DNA of 63,387 bases, counting the filler, from Craspedostauros australis (Eukaryota), in assembly GCA_030167865.1 (NCBI GenBank). It is 13 parts of 13 records of this genome, joined end to end, with 100 filler letters (N's around TTAATTAATTAA, not from the genome) between each part and the next. Parts side by side here need not be neighbours in the genome. Positions count along the whole stretch, not along the records: positions 5,709 to 16,562 come from JALAGF010005937.1; positions 16,663 to 23,269 come from JALAGF010005938.1; positions 23,370 to 33,843 come from JALAGF010005939.1; 10 more parts are not named here. One strand, 5' to 3'. Each line of letters starts with the position of its first letter. Within the stretch, counting starts at the first letter, position 1. The translations under genes and the position numbers were made by a program. This document shows, piece by piece, positions 12,051-26,025 of this stretch. The notes beneath the pieces were generated by a model. That model ran no database searches, was not told where the DNA came from, and worked only from the letters and a program-made list of their open reading frames with translations.

Positions 12051-15000
12051 ATCACACCTGTCCCCTCTCCACCTCTATTTCCTTGGTGCTAATACTTTTT
12101 CTAATTCTACTAATAGGCTTCGTTTCCTTCTCCTCGTAGGCGTTGCTGCTGTGGGTCTGTGTGTTGCCCATTCTGTCATGAGGGTGTTGTAGGCAAAGAT
12201 ACGCTTCGATCTTGGTAATGCTCACCTGGTCCGTTCCTGCCACTGGTCACCTGCACGCACATGGTCCCAATTGACATTTGTCTGGGCCATGCATAGCATA
12301 TCCGCTTCGCTTTGCTTTATAAAGTCCAGGATAACTTTGTTCTTGAGTTGGCATGCAAGAAGTGGGAGTTAAGAGACATTCTGGAACACGATCCGTATTG
12401 ATTCGGTGGATTTGTGTGCCATCACATCCCCACAAGCATAGTTTTTCCCACTAACTTTGGTGTGATCCTTGTCATGTCGTTAGAGTTCCGCAGCACTGAC
12501 CTGTGCCAGGTCTGCTTCCGTCCTTGCCATTCTGGGTATTTTAGGTGGTTGAGCTGCCTTGGCTGTGTGTGGGTTCGTGTTCCTCCTGAAGTTGTGGCTG
12601 TTCGCTGTTGGTGTTGCCATTTCTTCGGGCGAGCGGCGGTGCCTTGTCATACTGCCTACGCCCAGTGATTCACCTGCGTTTGGTGTCGGTTGCTGGCTCT
12701 GGATGGTGGGCCTACTTCTTTGGATAGCCCTCATGTGTTTGATGTTGTTGTTGTTGTTGTTGGTCTTGTTGCAGTAGATGTTGTGCTCTGCACTTTTGTA
12801 CTTTCTTTACAAGCTGTTACAGGTGCTGCTGACGTCACTGTTGCTGGTTCTGTTGTTGCCATTGTGCTCTTTGCCGTTTCTCTTTGTTTCTTCATTGTTG
12901 TTGTTTATTCTGTTGGCTCTGTGGCTACTGTTGGTTGTGGTGATACTGTGTGTATTGTCGGGTCCTTTGCTGTGTTCCTGCCTGTTGAGATAGTTGTCGC
13001 TGCTGTTGTTGTCGCGTGCTCGACTGAGTTGTGTTTTGGTGTCTCTACTGTTGCTGTTCCTATTGTTGCCTGTTGATAGTGTTGGCTTGTTTTCTGCCGT
13101 TCTTGTTGGGGCTGCGCCTGTGGTTTCTTTGTCGCTGGATTTTTGCTGAGTCCCTTCCTTCCCACGTATTTACTAGTCACTCTTACTTTGTTTACTCTTG
13201 GCTTGCGTTCTGGGGGACGCTGCCTGTTGGGTTGTTGGTGTCCATGAGGTTGGACCCACCTGATTTGGCATCACTGCTGTTCTTGGCCACTAACTTGGAT
13301 GCCTGCTTTTCATGCACTTCTTCGCTGCTACCATCCTTGCTATCTTCTTCGCTGTCCTCCTCGCTGTCGTCACTGTTGTCATCACTCATGTCATCTCCTT
13401 CTGGAACGGTATTCTCTGGGGCAGACAAGTCGAAATCCGTTTTTGCTTCAGCGGCCGTCGCGAACCTACCTGGGTTGGCAGTCTTGTGGTGGGATGTACG
13501 CGTGATGGCTTGCGCGACGTGATCAGCTTGTTGGACCACTGATGCCATCGCAAATGTGCCTACGGTGTTGTTGTCCCTGTTTTTAGTGTGGGGGCTGCTT
13601 TCCATTTGCACTTCAAACTTCAACAGCAGGACAGGTTTCATGTTCCCGTCCTTTTCCACGTATCCTTCCCACCCCACGTCCGCTGGGGTGAGCCCCACCA
13701 TTTCCTCTGCATCGAGGTCGAGGAAGTTGCCACCAGCTTGAACCAGCTGCCCCATCTCCCATTTCCTCCTTGCTCCGAATGAGGCCTGTCTCCCAGTCTA
13801 CTTCATAATACTGGTTCTGTGCCCACGGCTCTCGTGTGAACCACCCTTGACAATTTTGGTCAAGCTTCTTGCTGCAAAAGAAGGTGAGCTTCGAAATGAG
13901 TTCCAGCGCTTAGATTCTCCGTTTGGGATGGAATACGAAGACAGCTCTGTTGCGGTCCATCCTGCCTGTGTCAGTCGACATGAAGAGAGCGAAGTCTGGG
14001 TTCCTGGACGATCTGAGGTTCATGATCACCTCCCTCAGGGTCAGATTCCAAATAGGCAACTCCACATCGAGCTGTCCAATCAAGTACACTCCTTGGGTTT
14101 TCATAGTCTTCTTGAATTGAACCTGGTGGGCTACCATGGAGCTCAGACTAGCAAGTTCTCCAGGGGGTGGTGGAATCTTTGGTCCAGCGTGTCAGGCATG
14201 AACCGCATCTGCTTGTCAAGCAACCGGACCTTGTCGGCACAGTTGTTGAAGAGTTCTTTCCTGTCTGTTCGGCATTGGAACGAGCGCGACTCTCTGCACA
14301 TGACGTGTGTCGCTCTCGGTCTGTTGCGGTAGTCTTTGCCTTCTACCTGGTGTTGCCCTTGCTTTCTCACAAGGTGAATCTCCTGGATCCTCAACTGGAC
14401 TGTGAACTTGTTTTGGACTTGTTCGCTCATGTTGATTGCCTTCGTCAGATCATCAGTGTTGGTAGTGCTGTGGCTCCCAAACAACCAGCTGGCTGCAGCG
14501 ATGCTGTGCTCCTGGATACCTGACTTGCGAAAATGAATGGCTGCCATGCTCAGGGTACTGTCATTGTCAAATGCTTCAATCTCCTGCTTATGAGCAACCC
14601 TCAGTCTGCTGTACATCATCGATCCCGTCTTTGCATAGAGACTCTCCACAATTTGTTTCAAGGTCTCCCTCGTGGACCATGGTACATCAGCGGAGGTCCA
14701 TGGACGCATTGTGTTGTTCTTATGCCACGCCATGATCTGCGCCTTCGAGTCCGCCCTGAAAATGAATGCACGAAGGGCGTTCATACTGGCGATACCCTGC
14801 ACCAGCGGGGAGTCATGGCCTTCACGCGTCATGGGGAGTTGGACGTCAAAGAACATCTTGTGGTACTTGCTGATCACATCATCCACACTGTGGAGGTCCT
14901 GCGGTTTTGGCTGCTTGTGCAGAAACGTCACAACCTTGTGTCTTAGTTTTTACTGTTTCTTGTTTTGCCACCAGGTTGGGGGATTTTGCCTGTTCTTCTT

Positions 15001-15600
15001 TTTCGTTGTCCAGAGGCATGCCTTTGACCATCATGAGTGCCATCCTCACACCAATCCATGCTGCTGTCTTGTGTGTTGCCTTGATCTGCTTGGACTTCCA
15101 CAGCCCTCCAGAGAATTTGTTGGAGGTGGCAACCAGTCTGACCATCAGCTTGACCATGTGCAGGTTCATGTCTGTGGACATCTTGTTGAAGTACGCATCG
15201 TGAAACATGCCTGTCCAGTCATCAAGAGAGGCACCCTCTTTCAGGGCCTTGTCCAGGTCCTTCACAAATGCCAGCACTTCATCCATAGCGCCTTCTTCCC
15301 CCATCATGTGCACGAAGGGTTCAGACCCTCTGATCAGCAGGTTGCGTTCCTGGAGGATGTCACCCCATTTTCGCTCCAGCTGGTGGCTCCAAATCCAACA
15401 GTTCTCATTCTCTGTGGGACAAGTTGACACTGTCTTTTTGCTGGTGAGCTCCTGGCCTGTTGCTTTCCTCCTCAACCACCTCCTCGTCCGCTGTCACCAC
15501 CAGTGTGACACCCTCCTCTTCCTGTACCCGCACGGGGTGTTGTCTGTTTCTTTTGGGTCCTCTGAGAGCCTCTCCCAGAGTCGTTTGTAGCATCGTTGCA
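12050..15600 (-). pseudogene. Decayed non-LTR retrotransposon 5' half (ORF1 plus start of the APE domain), Ambal-like
   Basis: Broken frames give SIRIVFQNVS*LP and ADMLCMAQTNVNW (compare HIRVAALNLSGLP and VDIALLTEVGINW at 33.0 kb). GWFTREPWAQNQYYEVDWETG resembles ORF1 KWFSPDAWYANLNVTYDAETK at 33.6 kb. Confidence 0.7.
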
Positions 15601-15639
15601 TGCCATGGTGAAATATGTTTTCTAGTGCAGTTTCTACTT

Positions 15640-16562
15640 GTTCTACGCAAATTTTACTGGTCCTACGTACGTCTTCAACTGTGAGAGGGTCACGGGACTG
15701 TGGTTAGAATGCACTATTTTTCCGAGTGTTTCCCATGTCTTGGCTTTCACAGAAACCAACAGTGGACTCACCAGACTCAGGATTTGTGGCAAAGGTTTGG
15801 AGGCATTCGTTGGAATTCTGTTTTAATTTCCCACACCCCAACAGCAAGAAAAGACCGTCACCAAGAAACCAAACACAACAACACGACAATGGGAAACAAA
15901 ACAACACTCTGTGAGAACCGCCAAAAGACATGGACGGCACTGCATCAACCACCAGTCCAATACCAAATCCAAGCACATCAACGGAACCGCCATGGACAGC
16001 TTGGTGGATGGGCAAGAGGGCGCTGTCAGAGCGGTTCATTTGAATCAGCGATAGCGAAACGAGCAAAACGCGCAAAAGAGCGTCAACCATGCACGTTGGG
16101 TACGGGATGTGTGTAGACGATACAAGCCATTTCGACAAACATGGATGGGCAAGACGCATCAAAGGTATCAAGATGAAGGGCTCTACGAAGTTTGAGGCTG
16201 AAAGGATGCCTGGAAGGTGTCAAGAGAAGGAACAAGTGGAGTGCAAGAGTTTTTTGGGTGGTGGCAAAGTACCCATCACGTGGCTTTGCTGGTGTGGTGG
16301 CGCATGTGAACATCCACCACACCGCCAACCCACCCATACAAGATGTGTTAATCATCAAGTCAGGAATGGGNTTGGAGAAGTGGGGATCGATTACATTGAG
16401 TGGAAGAGGTTGAAACCAACCAAATGCTGCAGTCGCATTTTTTCGACACGAAGAAAACTGACAATGGCATCAGCGTCCGGATGGATACAAAATTGGAGAT
16501 CCATCTTGAGGCGTTTTGGGATGCATCAACGTGTCCCCAGTGAATCAGGGATCGAGGTGTGC
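15640..16562 (-). mobile_element. Dispersed repeat family B, inverted diverged copy
   Basis: The reverse complement aligns with 6350-7250 and 45900-46750 (shared GATGGGCAA-ACGC-TCAA-AG and CGCCAA-CC-CCCAT-CAAGATG blocks). Confidence 0.65.
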
Positions 16563-19079
16563 NNNNNNNNNNNNNNNNNNNNNNNNNNNNNNNNNNNNNN
16601 NNNNNNTTAATTAATTAANNNNNNNNNNNNNNNNNNNNNNNNNNNNNNNNNNNNNNNNNNNNTTTGTGATTGACTTGTTGGCAGTGAGTGCAGGTACGAA
16701 TGGAGGCATGAACGGAGGTACGAGGATGCGGGGGTCTCTATCTATCACTATCTACTCGTGCGAATAATCGCGCTCTTGGAGAGATGGTGCTCTGACTGTC
16801 TTCTTTGGAGGAGGAGGATGATGATGTCGCCACAGCAGTCGTTGCTTGCTTCGTGGTGAATGACCTGGCTGAGGAGTGGCTACGCGTTTGGCATTCCCAG
16901 AAACGCAGTTCCATACCGTGCCGACACTCGTGTCCTCTTGTGAATGATCAGACGCTCCAGTCCCCTCTCTGTGTGTGTCGGAGGCAGAGTGGTTGTGGGA
17001 AGGTTTGGAGGAACAAAACGTGTGGGCACCACAACTCGTGACATGCGTCATGGTGTTGGTCGGATGCGTTGTTCGGACAGGCAAATTGTGCGCAAGACAC
17101 CTCCATCTTCGCTATCTTGTTGCGATGCCTTTTCTTGTCTGAGNNNNNNNNNNNNNNNNNNNNNNNNNNNNNNNNNNNNNNNNNNNNNNNNNNATAATCG
17201 CGCTCTTGGAGAGATGGTGCTCTGACTGTCTTCTTTGGAGGAGGAGGATGATGATGTCGCCACAGCAGTCGTTGCTTGCTTCGTGGTGAATGACCTGGCT
17301 GAGGAGTGGCTACGCGTTTGGCATTCCCAGAAACGCAGTTCCATACCGTGCCGACACTCGTGTCCTCTTGTGAATGATCAGACGCTCCAGTCCCCTCTCT
17401 GTGTGTGTNGGAGGCAGAGTGGTTGTGGNAAGGTTTGGAGGAACAAAACGTGTGGNCACCACAACTCGTGACATGCGTCATGGTGTTGNTCGGATGCGTT
17501 GTTCGGACAGGCAAATTGTGCGCAAGACACCTCCATCTTCGCTATCTTGTTGCGATGCCTTTTCTTGTCTGAGTGACAATGATAATTATGGGATAGACAA
17601 ACGCGAACGGTGTCATGACTCCACAAGCACACGCGAAAAGTCACAGATTCTGTCCAGGGAGCAGGAGAAAACGTCGACATATATACAGCGGCTGGGAAAA
17701 TGCAGTCATTTACCGTAATTTTATGCCGCACATTTCCCAGGACTAAAAAACGAGTCCCATTGCATTTGTCAGGTATGATGCGTAGCGCTTTGTAAGAACT
17801 TCACATGTACCATGTCGACTACTCCATGTGTTGTACAATGATACCATCAGCTTTGTGTGTCGCTATTTCCGAGACATGTCCAAGTCGTGTCGTTTTCGTT
17901 GTTCCAACACTGACGTCGACAACCAACTTGTCCAAGCAGTTGCTGGTTGAGGCGCTTGCGTTTCAGTCATTTTCCCGAAGAGCGTTTTTGGATTGTTCTC
18001 ATTTAGTCGCTTCGCCCACGCACGTTTCTTCGCAAATCCGATTGCTGTTGCACGATACACAGATCACACTCATTGGTGGTGGATTGCTGCAAGCAGAGCA
18101 AGTGTGCGCATTCAAGTGCGTCATGCGGAGAACAGAGCAATTGTGATTCGAAGACGGTGGAGCGGTCAATTTACACTCATGACCGAACACCTGGTTGTCT
18201 GATGTTTGCATGTATTCATCAGGGTAGAGAGATACAGAGTATGCAGGAGTGCAGTAGAGTGGAGGAGTACAGCGCCTGTGTTCTGATGCGAAGGAGAATG
18301 TGGGGAGTGCCAGCATGAGTATTCATGGTGCCGCGTATTGGTTTTGGGGTTGGTACTCACACATCGCGGCGCACCAATGTCGCGCTGCGTACCCAAGGCG
18401 CATGCGAAGAAATGTGCTGTTTCATTGCATTGCCGCGTACCCAGCACTGTTGGAATGTGTGGTGAAGTGCGAGCATGCTCTTCTCCTTCCACCACACAGA
18501 GAAAGTTCTGGCATTCCCGTTCTCAGCCTCAACTTGGCATCCTGATGCAAGGCAAGACCCAATACAGAGGATGTGAATGCAGAACACCATTGGTGCAGAC
18601 GTGGTAAAAAAGAACGATGTCCTGTGCGTACTCATCCTGAGGATGACGACAACATGTTTGCGGCAATTGCGGCGTTGCTCTTCTCTGCTCGCGCTTGGGC
18701 TTGTTCCTTGACAACGGAATAGTGGTGTTCACTATTTGCATCCAAGCAATGGCGCAACATCTGACGTTCGCGTTCGTTTCAGCAGAGCATCACAGGTCTG
18801 GAGGACAGGGTGCGATGATTCTCGTATGCAAGCATGCGTTTGTTCCCACCACAAGCATAAATGTCATTCGCAAACTGGTTGGTCATGATGCATCAACAAA
18901 CGCGATTATCGATGTGCTCCAACAGTGCGCGACGGACCTGCGCCGGCGAGCAATTTGTTGTCCATGTGTCGCCCCGCGCGTCTGATCGCTGCGTCATTGC
19001 ACATGGAAAGTGGATGCGCACGTGCAGCCAAAGTGCACGTGCAGCGGATGTCCGGCGGACGTGCAACGCATGTGCATCG

Positions 19080-19198
19080 CAGTTGTGCGCACTGCACTTG
19101 GACTTCGACTGTGCGTGCGCATGCACATGCACATGCACTTCGGCTGCATGTTGACTGCACTGCACTGCACATGCACTTCGACTGCGCATGGACTGCAC

Positions 19199-19241
<43 letters not shown>

Positions 19242-19790
19242 TGCACTACTACACAGGCACTTCAACTGCGCATGCACTTCCACTGCGCGTGCACCTGCAC
19301 CTGCACTTCGACTGCACTGCACTTTTCCTGCACCTGCATTCTCCCTGCTCATGCACATGCACTGCGCTTCGACTGCGCTTTTCCCTGCGCCTGCATTTTC
19401 TCTGCGCATGCACATGCACTGCACTTCGACTGCGCTTTTCCCTGCGCCTGCATTTTCCCTGTGCCTGCACTGCACATGCACACATGCACTGCACTTTTCC
19501 ATAGCCCGCGTTTTCCCTGCGCACGCACATACACATGCACTGCACTTTTCCTGCGCCTGCATTTTCCCTGCTCATGCACATGCACTGCACTTCGACTGCG
19601 CTTTTCCCTGCGCCTGCATTTTCCCTGCGCCTCCATTTTCCCTGCGCATGCACTGCACCTGCACATGCACTGCACTTTTCCTGCACATGCATTTTCCCTG
19701 CTTGTGCGGATGCACTGCACGTGCGCTTTCCCTGCGCATGCGTTTTCCCTGCGCATGCACTTTTCCCTGCACAACCACAATTCCCAAGAC
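19080..19790 (+). repeat. TGCA-rich minisatellite containing (TACACA)7
   Basis: Recurrent GCACATGCACTGCACTTCGACTGCGCTTTTCCCTGCGCCTGCATTTT units. Confidence 0.9.
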
Positions 19791-20109
19791 ATAACTACGA
19801 CATGATTCGGTCCTCACTGAGACATAAATCATATTCTATTTCTAGTCAATACTGCATAGACTAACATCATTGATCACACGAAAGAAGCATAAAAAAGGAA
19901 AAAAGAATGATATCCTTTATTTGAGTCGCTAGCTATTTCCCGAATACACTAGTAGCAACCTTGTTTCTCTGTTGTTTGTTGCTGAGTAGTACTAATATTA
20001 AAGTGGGAGTGATGCTGTGATGGCCAAGAGGCAGGATCGTGTTCATGTCCTATCGGATATAACACAGACATAACTAAGACATAAATACGTATCAGAATGT
20101 GAGATGACC

Positions 20110-20350
20110 CGGATGTGCAGAGAATGTGCAGTTTGCAGGGAAGTTGTCGGCAAATGCGTGGATGCGCGGGGAATGTACAGTTTGCGGGGAAGATGTCAAC
20201 ACATGCAGCGATGCGCAGAAAATGCGCGGTTTGTGGCGAAGATGTTGGCAAATGTGCGGATGCGCGGAGAATGTGCGTGATGTGCAGTGCATGCGCGAGG
20301 AAAGATGTGTGAAGGATGTTGTCGTGATGGACGTGCACTGCACGCACAGT
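20110..20350 (-). repeat. Related degenerate minisatellite in inverted orientation
   Basis: The reverse complement reads TCCCTGCAAACTGCACATTCTCTGCACAT, similar to the 19.1-19.8 kb units. Confidence 0.55.
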
Positions 20351-23300
20351 CCTCGTTGTGCATGCGAAGGATGTGCTTCGCAGAGCGCGCATTGGCATCA
20401 TCCAGACGCAATTGGAATTTGTTGGTGGGGCACGCGCATGCGGAGAGGCACATGACATCAAAACGCGCATGCGAGTACGTATAGCCGGACAAACAATTGC
20501 ATGGCGACGGCGATACCTTGGGGAAATTGCGCAGACTAAGAGTCGATTCGCGACGCGCAGAGACGTGTTGCTGTTTTCCAAGGAACATGTCAACGTTGTC
20601 ACCAAATGTGCACATCCTGCGCCTGTTCTGCAACAAGTCAAGGAGCGACAGTTCGCATCTCTTGTGGCTGCTCCATGACACCATCACTGACGGTTAATTG
20701 CGCAACGGTGTGTTGATGGAAGTGCTGTTCTGCACTGAAACAGAGAAGACGATCAGTTCAATCATGCACCATCACCACATCCGCGCCTTGACGAAGGGAG
20801 ATCCGTCTACGCTGCACTTGCCCGCACTTTCCATCCAGTCATTGCAGATGCCAATGGTGCATGTGGTGGCTCCCCATTGTCCAAACCTGGCGATGCTGTG
20901 TTTTTCACGAAAAGAGGGAGAACTGTTCAGGTTGCCGCAATGCTCGTGTGCATGACATCATTGTGATATTTTTGTATGGATGCCGGGCGCAACTTCGATT
21001 GGAGGGGAAAGAAAGAGATCGCCATGATGTTGATGTGGTTGGACTTGCTCGATTTCTCCAACTCCTCGTGCGCGTGTCAGCTCCGATCCAGTCGCCGCCG
21101 CCCATGTCATACCATCTGCATGCATCTATGTACGACTAACAAAGAACCTCCTCATGTCTGGTCATTGGCATCTTGATCACTGTTCGCCAGTATCGATCGT
21201 GCGCGAGGATTGCAGAAGTACACGCCGTCACGCAGAACAAAACGGAGGAGAGCCAACGCCCGCAGTCACACCGCGTTGTGCTCTGCAGTGGTACGCGAAT
21301 GATCACGCCCTCGCAACCATACCAGTGCAATTCGAATGACAATCATCTTGCTATTGCAACACACAAGTGCAGAAGTGTCTGTACAATACACCACATCAAT
21401 GGCAACTGGTTTGTGACCTGAATAGAGTGCGAGCAGAGCAGGGTGAAGTAGAGTATTGGAGGAGGAGAGGAGTACCTATCAGTGCAACAATGCACGAATG
21501 TGCCAACAACAACGGTTCACTTCCATTTTGTGACGACAGCGGCAGCATGTTTGTGTGGTGCTGCTCTCGTGACACGTTGTGTGTTGTGTTCTTTGGCGCA
21601 CACTGAGATGGACAAACTCGCACCGCGGAGAACACATGCTTTGTCGCCTCTTCGAAATCAAAGAACGCTGCCCGCGACCAATGAGCTTGTATCAGAGGAG
21701 GCATAGTTGAAGTTCGCCAACCACTGTCGCTGCAAAATGTACCGCAACCGGACGCGGCGAACGACACAGAAACGAGACTATGGGCGCGTGTTTTTGGGTC
21801 CGCACCAGAATGCCGCGCGAGACCAACGCACAACAGAAATGGCTCAAAACCACCACCAAACCATGCACGACGCAAGCCATGGCAACGCAGTGGGGTTGGC
21901 ATCGGTGGTGTATTGCTTCAAAACATGCATCACAATGCATTCGTTGACAGGAGGATGATCAGCAACCACAAGCAGTTGATTCCTCTATTTGTGTTGGCGA
22001 TTTGCGCTCGATCGAACAGAGACACCGAATGCATGAGTGTTTGTTTCGTGCCCGTCGGACGGCAACGCAAGCGAGTGCATCGCCGAGAAACACTCGGCGC
22101 TGTGTGAAGGGCGTGAACGACGCAGAAAGCAGCGAAGAACCAAACCACCACAACAGGCGCCACCAAAACCAATGAGCACAAACGCCGACAAAAGGAAGCA
22201 GGACGACAAACGCGAGCTCTGCTTGTTCGAAATCAGCTGTGTGGAACTCGCACAGAAGTACTATCGATACTGCTTGCGTTGAACTGCATTGTCGCAATAG
22301 TGTTGGTCATATCAGTCCAAAGTTGGGGAAGCAATCCGTGAACAAATGCAGAAAATACGCTCTTTTTTTTGCAGGACGTCTATTTCTCCTGCTCCCAGAG
22401 AACTCAACTGACGAATCAGCTGTCCAAGCAATTAGAGTTCCACCGAACAACACTACGTCATTGGTGGTTGCGACGATTCCGGTGATAAAGTTGAAGGAGA
22501 AAAGAATGCGTGTGCACAAGATGGCACAAGTCCCACACTTTTCGAAACACCTTGATTCTGTCCTCATTCATTGTTGATTCTCACTGTTGTGATCGTGGTG
22601 TCGACGCAAGAGATTGGGTACTCGGACGACCTCCGTCAAGCAACACCAGAGAGAGAGAGAGAGAGAGAGGTGATGTTATCTGTTGCTGTCACACCACACT
22701 ATCCCATCCCATTTTGCAATTGCACTCAAGTGTATTGCTTTGAGTGATTCCGAGTGGATCTCTCTTTGCGCAAGGGCAGCATGGGCATGGTTTTAAAATG
22801 GCACGGACTGGATGTGCCTTGCGATGTCGGAATCGAGACGACGCTTCATCACGTTCGTATACGATGGCGATTGGTTGNNNNNNNNNNNNNNNNNNNNNNN
22901 NNNNNNNNNNNNNNNNNNNNNNNNNNNNNNNNNNNNNNNNNNNNNNNNNNNNNNNNNNNNNNNNNNNNNNNNNNNNNNNNNNNNNNNNNNNNNNNNNNNN
23001 NNNNNNNNNNNNNNNNNNNNNNNNNNNNNNNNNNNNNNNNNNNNNNNNNNNNNNNNNNNNNNNNNNNNNNNNNNNNNNNNNNNNNNNNNNNNNNNNNNNN
23101 NNNNNNNNNNNNNNNNNNNNGTGATGGCTTTCTTGATTTGGTTTGGAGGAGATCCGATCCTTTGCAGGATCTGCCACCGTTCCGCGGGTGAAAGTGGCAG
23201 GTATTGGGGTCGTTTGACGTAAGGTGACATGGGCGATGTCAAGGTCTCCGGAATCACGGAAGATGGAGANNNNNNNNNNNNNNNNNNNNNNNNNNNNNNN

Positions 23301-23369
23301 NNNNNNNNNNNNNTTAATTAATTAANNNNNNNNNNNNNNNNNNNNNNNNNNNNNNNNNNNNNNNNNNNN

Positions 23370-23853
23370 CAGGATACCTCCACCTCCGATTGCCCATTGC
23401 TTGTTCACCCTGGCTCATACTTCTTTTTCCTGGGCTGCCGCGCGCTTGCGTTCATTCTGGTCGTGCAGCACACACTTGCGCGCTTCTCACGCCTTCCATC
23501 GAACCTCCTACAGCCCTCAAACGGATATGCCCCGCCAGTTCGTCGGTTTCGTTGAGAGCTCTTCCTCCATCATCACAGACTCCTGTATCGCCCTCCACTG
23601 CCTCGTCCAGCACCCACATACCATCATACCCCATCCGATCGCCTGTTGGGCATTGACTGCTTCTTGGATTTGCGCTGGTGCTCTTGGCTCCATGTCATCT
23701 ATGTTGCTCCAACTTCTCAGCTGGCAGAGCAGCTCTTGGGCCATCTCTGGATCTCCTCCTGCCTGCAGCATGTCATCTCCCCACTCTGCATTCGCCTTCT
23801 CCCTCTCTGCGACCGCTGCTGGATGGCAACACTGCATGACTTGCTCAGTTGTT
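23370..23853 (-). pseudogene. 3' fragment of an Ambal-like non-LTR ORF2
   Basis: TTEQVMQCCH and AQQAIGWGMMVCGCWTRQW match ETNQHVMQCKS and AQHGVGWDGLLWGAWSVEW of the 27.5-33.2 kb ORF2. Confidence 0.7.
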
Positions 23854-23854
23854 A

Positions 23855-24969
23855 TCTTATTCACATGAGTACTAACACATTCATGTTTCTCAATGAAGCA
23901 AGCAACCTTTACTTGAAAGATAAGCACATGGATGGCGATCTTGATTCGATGGGAACATCTCATGAGGTTGGGACCCAATGGAAGGAGGAAGCAACNNNNN
24001 NNNNNNNNNNNNNNNNNNNNNNNNNNNNNNNNNNNNNNNNNNNNNGAAGCAACACAGATGCAGACACAAACCAAGACATACATCTCACCTCGCAAGGAAT
24101 GAATGAGACACTGATGTCATGTGAAGCTGCCTGGAGCTGTATCATACGGCGTGGAGTATGAACAGAAAGAACTGTAGGTCCTATCGACACGCGAAGAAAT
24201 ACATGTAATCGAGTAGACATAAGACACCGGACAGCCAAACAAAACACCATGTTTATGCTGTCATAGTAGTGCTACTACTAGTTGGTACCAACAAACTATA
24301 GTTGGCATCCTCATGATCACTGCAAACAANAGCATCCTCTGGAGTATGTGCTTGATGTAGAGAACACACTGAACACCTCGCGAAAATAACACGAGACGGA
24401 AGCCAAGAAAATAACACGAAGGAAGTCCGCACAAGACGGAGGGAGTTTTTTGGCTGTGAGTCCAACAAGTCGCGACCATTTTCTCGTCGTGTTAAATCTC
24501 CACACAAAATCAGAATTTGCGTCAGGATGCAACAATTCCAGAAAAGGGCCAAAACTTNNNNNNNNNNNNNNNNNNNNNNNNNNNNNNNNNNNNNNNNNNN
24601 NNNNNNNACCATGTTTATGCTGTCATAGTAGTGCTACTACTAGTTGGTACCAACAAACTATAGTTGGCATCCTCATGATCACTGCAAACAATAGCATCCT
24701 CTGGAGTATGTGCTTGATGTAGAGAACACACTGAACACCTCGCGAAAATAACACGAGACGGAAGCCAAGAAAATAACACGAAGGAAGTCCGCACAAGANN
24801 NNNNNNNNNNNNNNNNNNNNNNNNNNNNNNNNNNNGACCATTTTCTCGTCGTGTTAAATCTCCACACAAAATCAGAATTTGCGTCAGGATGCAACAATTC
24901 CAGAAAAGGGCCAAAACTTGCATCCTGACGCAAATTGTTCCCATTATCGCGACGAAAATTCTCCATGGA
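23855..24969 (-). mobile_element. Dispersed repeat family A, inverted diverged copy (contains an assembly duplication)
   Basis: The reverse complement is collinear with 10352-11045 and has the same ATA|TCCA start. Confidence 0.75.
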
Positions 24970-26025
24970 TATGGAGCATGTAATTAAGACGTATGCATAC
25001 GTGCGTATGATACAAGTTGCCAGTCGCGATCATGCCCACACGAGCGCTAGGTCGAATAATATAATATTCTATTATATAATATTATAGAATACCTCATAGC
25101 ATGCCTTTACAAATCTGTCGAGTTAGGTGTATGTGTACTTGTGTGCGAGTATCATGGCGAAGTGGGAGTACATGTAGCTCGTTCGGAGAGGCGCCAACAG
25201 CTCGCAGGTGCCATGAACATGAAGGACTATTAGAATGGCTGAGCGCTATCTCGGGATTGGGCGCTTGGAGATAGAGACGGCGGGTTGGGCACAGAAGAGC
25301 TGCCCACGCCATTTGCGCTCAACATGACATTTCGGCCCCAAGACTACACTGGTTTAGTCGTGGACTTGGACACAATTGATCTGCGCGGAGAATCCAAAAT
25401 GACCGGGTGGACCCGAGCATGCCTTCATCGAACAAGACACAAAGAGAACACCTCCTGCGAGTTGTGCGTGCCTTGTGCATGTCATGGATGCACGAACAAT
25501 ACACACAAAATCACACACAAAATCACACACAAAATCACACACAAATTCAAACGAAAGAGAAAAAGGAAGGCTGGTGGTCGTTCCGCAAGAATACACTGAA
25601 CCACAAGAGAAGCAGGAACGGCAACAGAGAGAGAGATTGCACGAACAACTCTTACACAAAGACAACAACGCAAAGAAGAAAACAAAGAAGAGTCCACGAC
25701 ACGAGTATTAGTACTCAAGCCACTGGATAGCAGCGCCTCAGATCAAATCGTCTGGAGCCAGCTCAACGACCAAGACGCAGCAGCAGCTCAATTCCGCTTC
25801 ACTTGGTGCCTGCTCACCTGCGTGCAGGAGTGATCGTTGTCACGGACGCTAAACTCGTTGTCGGTGCTGAGAGGTTGATCTCGGAAGCCCAGAACGCACA
25901 CACATACGATTATATACCGCGCAGTGCGTTACGAATATCTGTAGAGTACTCTGCATACTCTGTACAGCATACTTACTTACGTACGTACGCACGCAAGTGC
26001 TCACAGCGACACTGCCACGGCGCAA

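Noticed and set aside
5933..16562. Giant composite transposon bounded by inverted family B copies
   Set aside because: The copies are strongly diverged and the right one is cut by the scaffold end. Independent insertions are simpler.
18893..19864. His/Cys-rich ORFs as metal-binding proteins
   Set aside because: They are open in all frames on both strands because the minisatellite lacks stops.
21360..21560. Ulp1-like protease remnant (IHHINGNWFV)
   Set aside because: There are stops nearby and no clear catalytic Q..N..DC motif.
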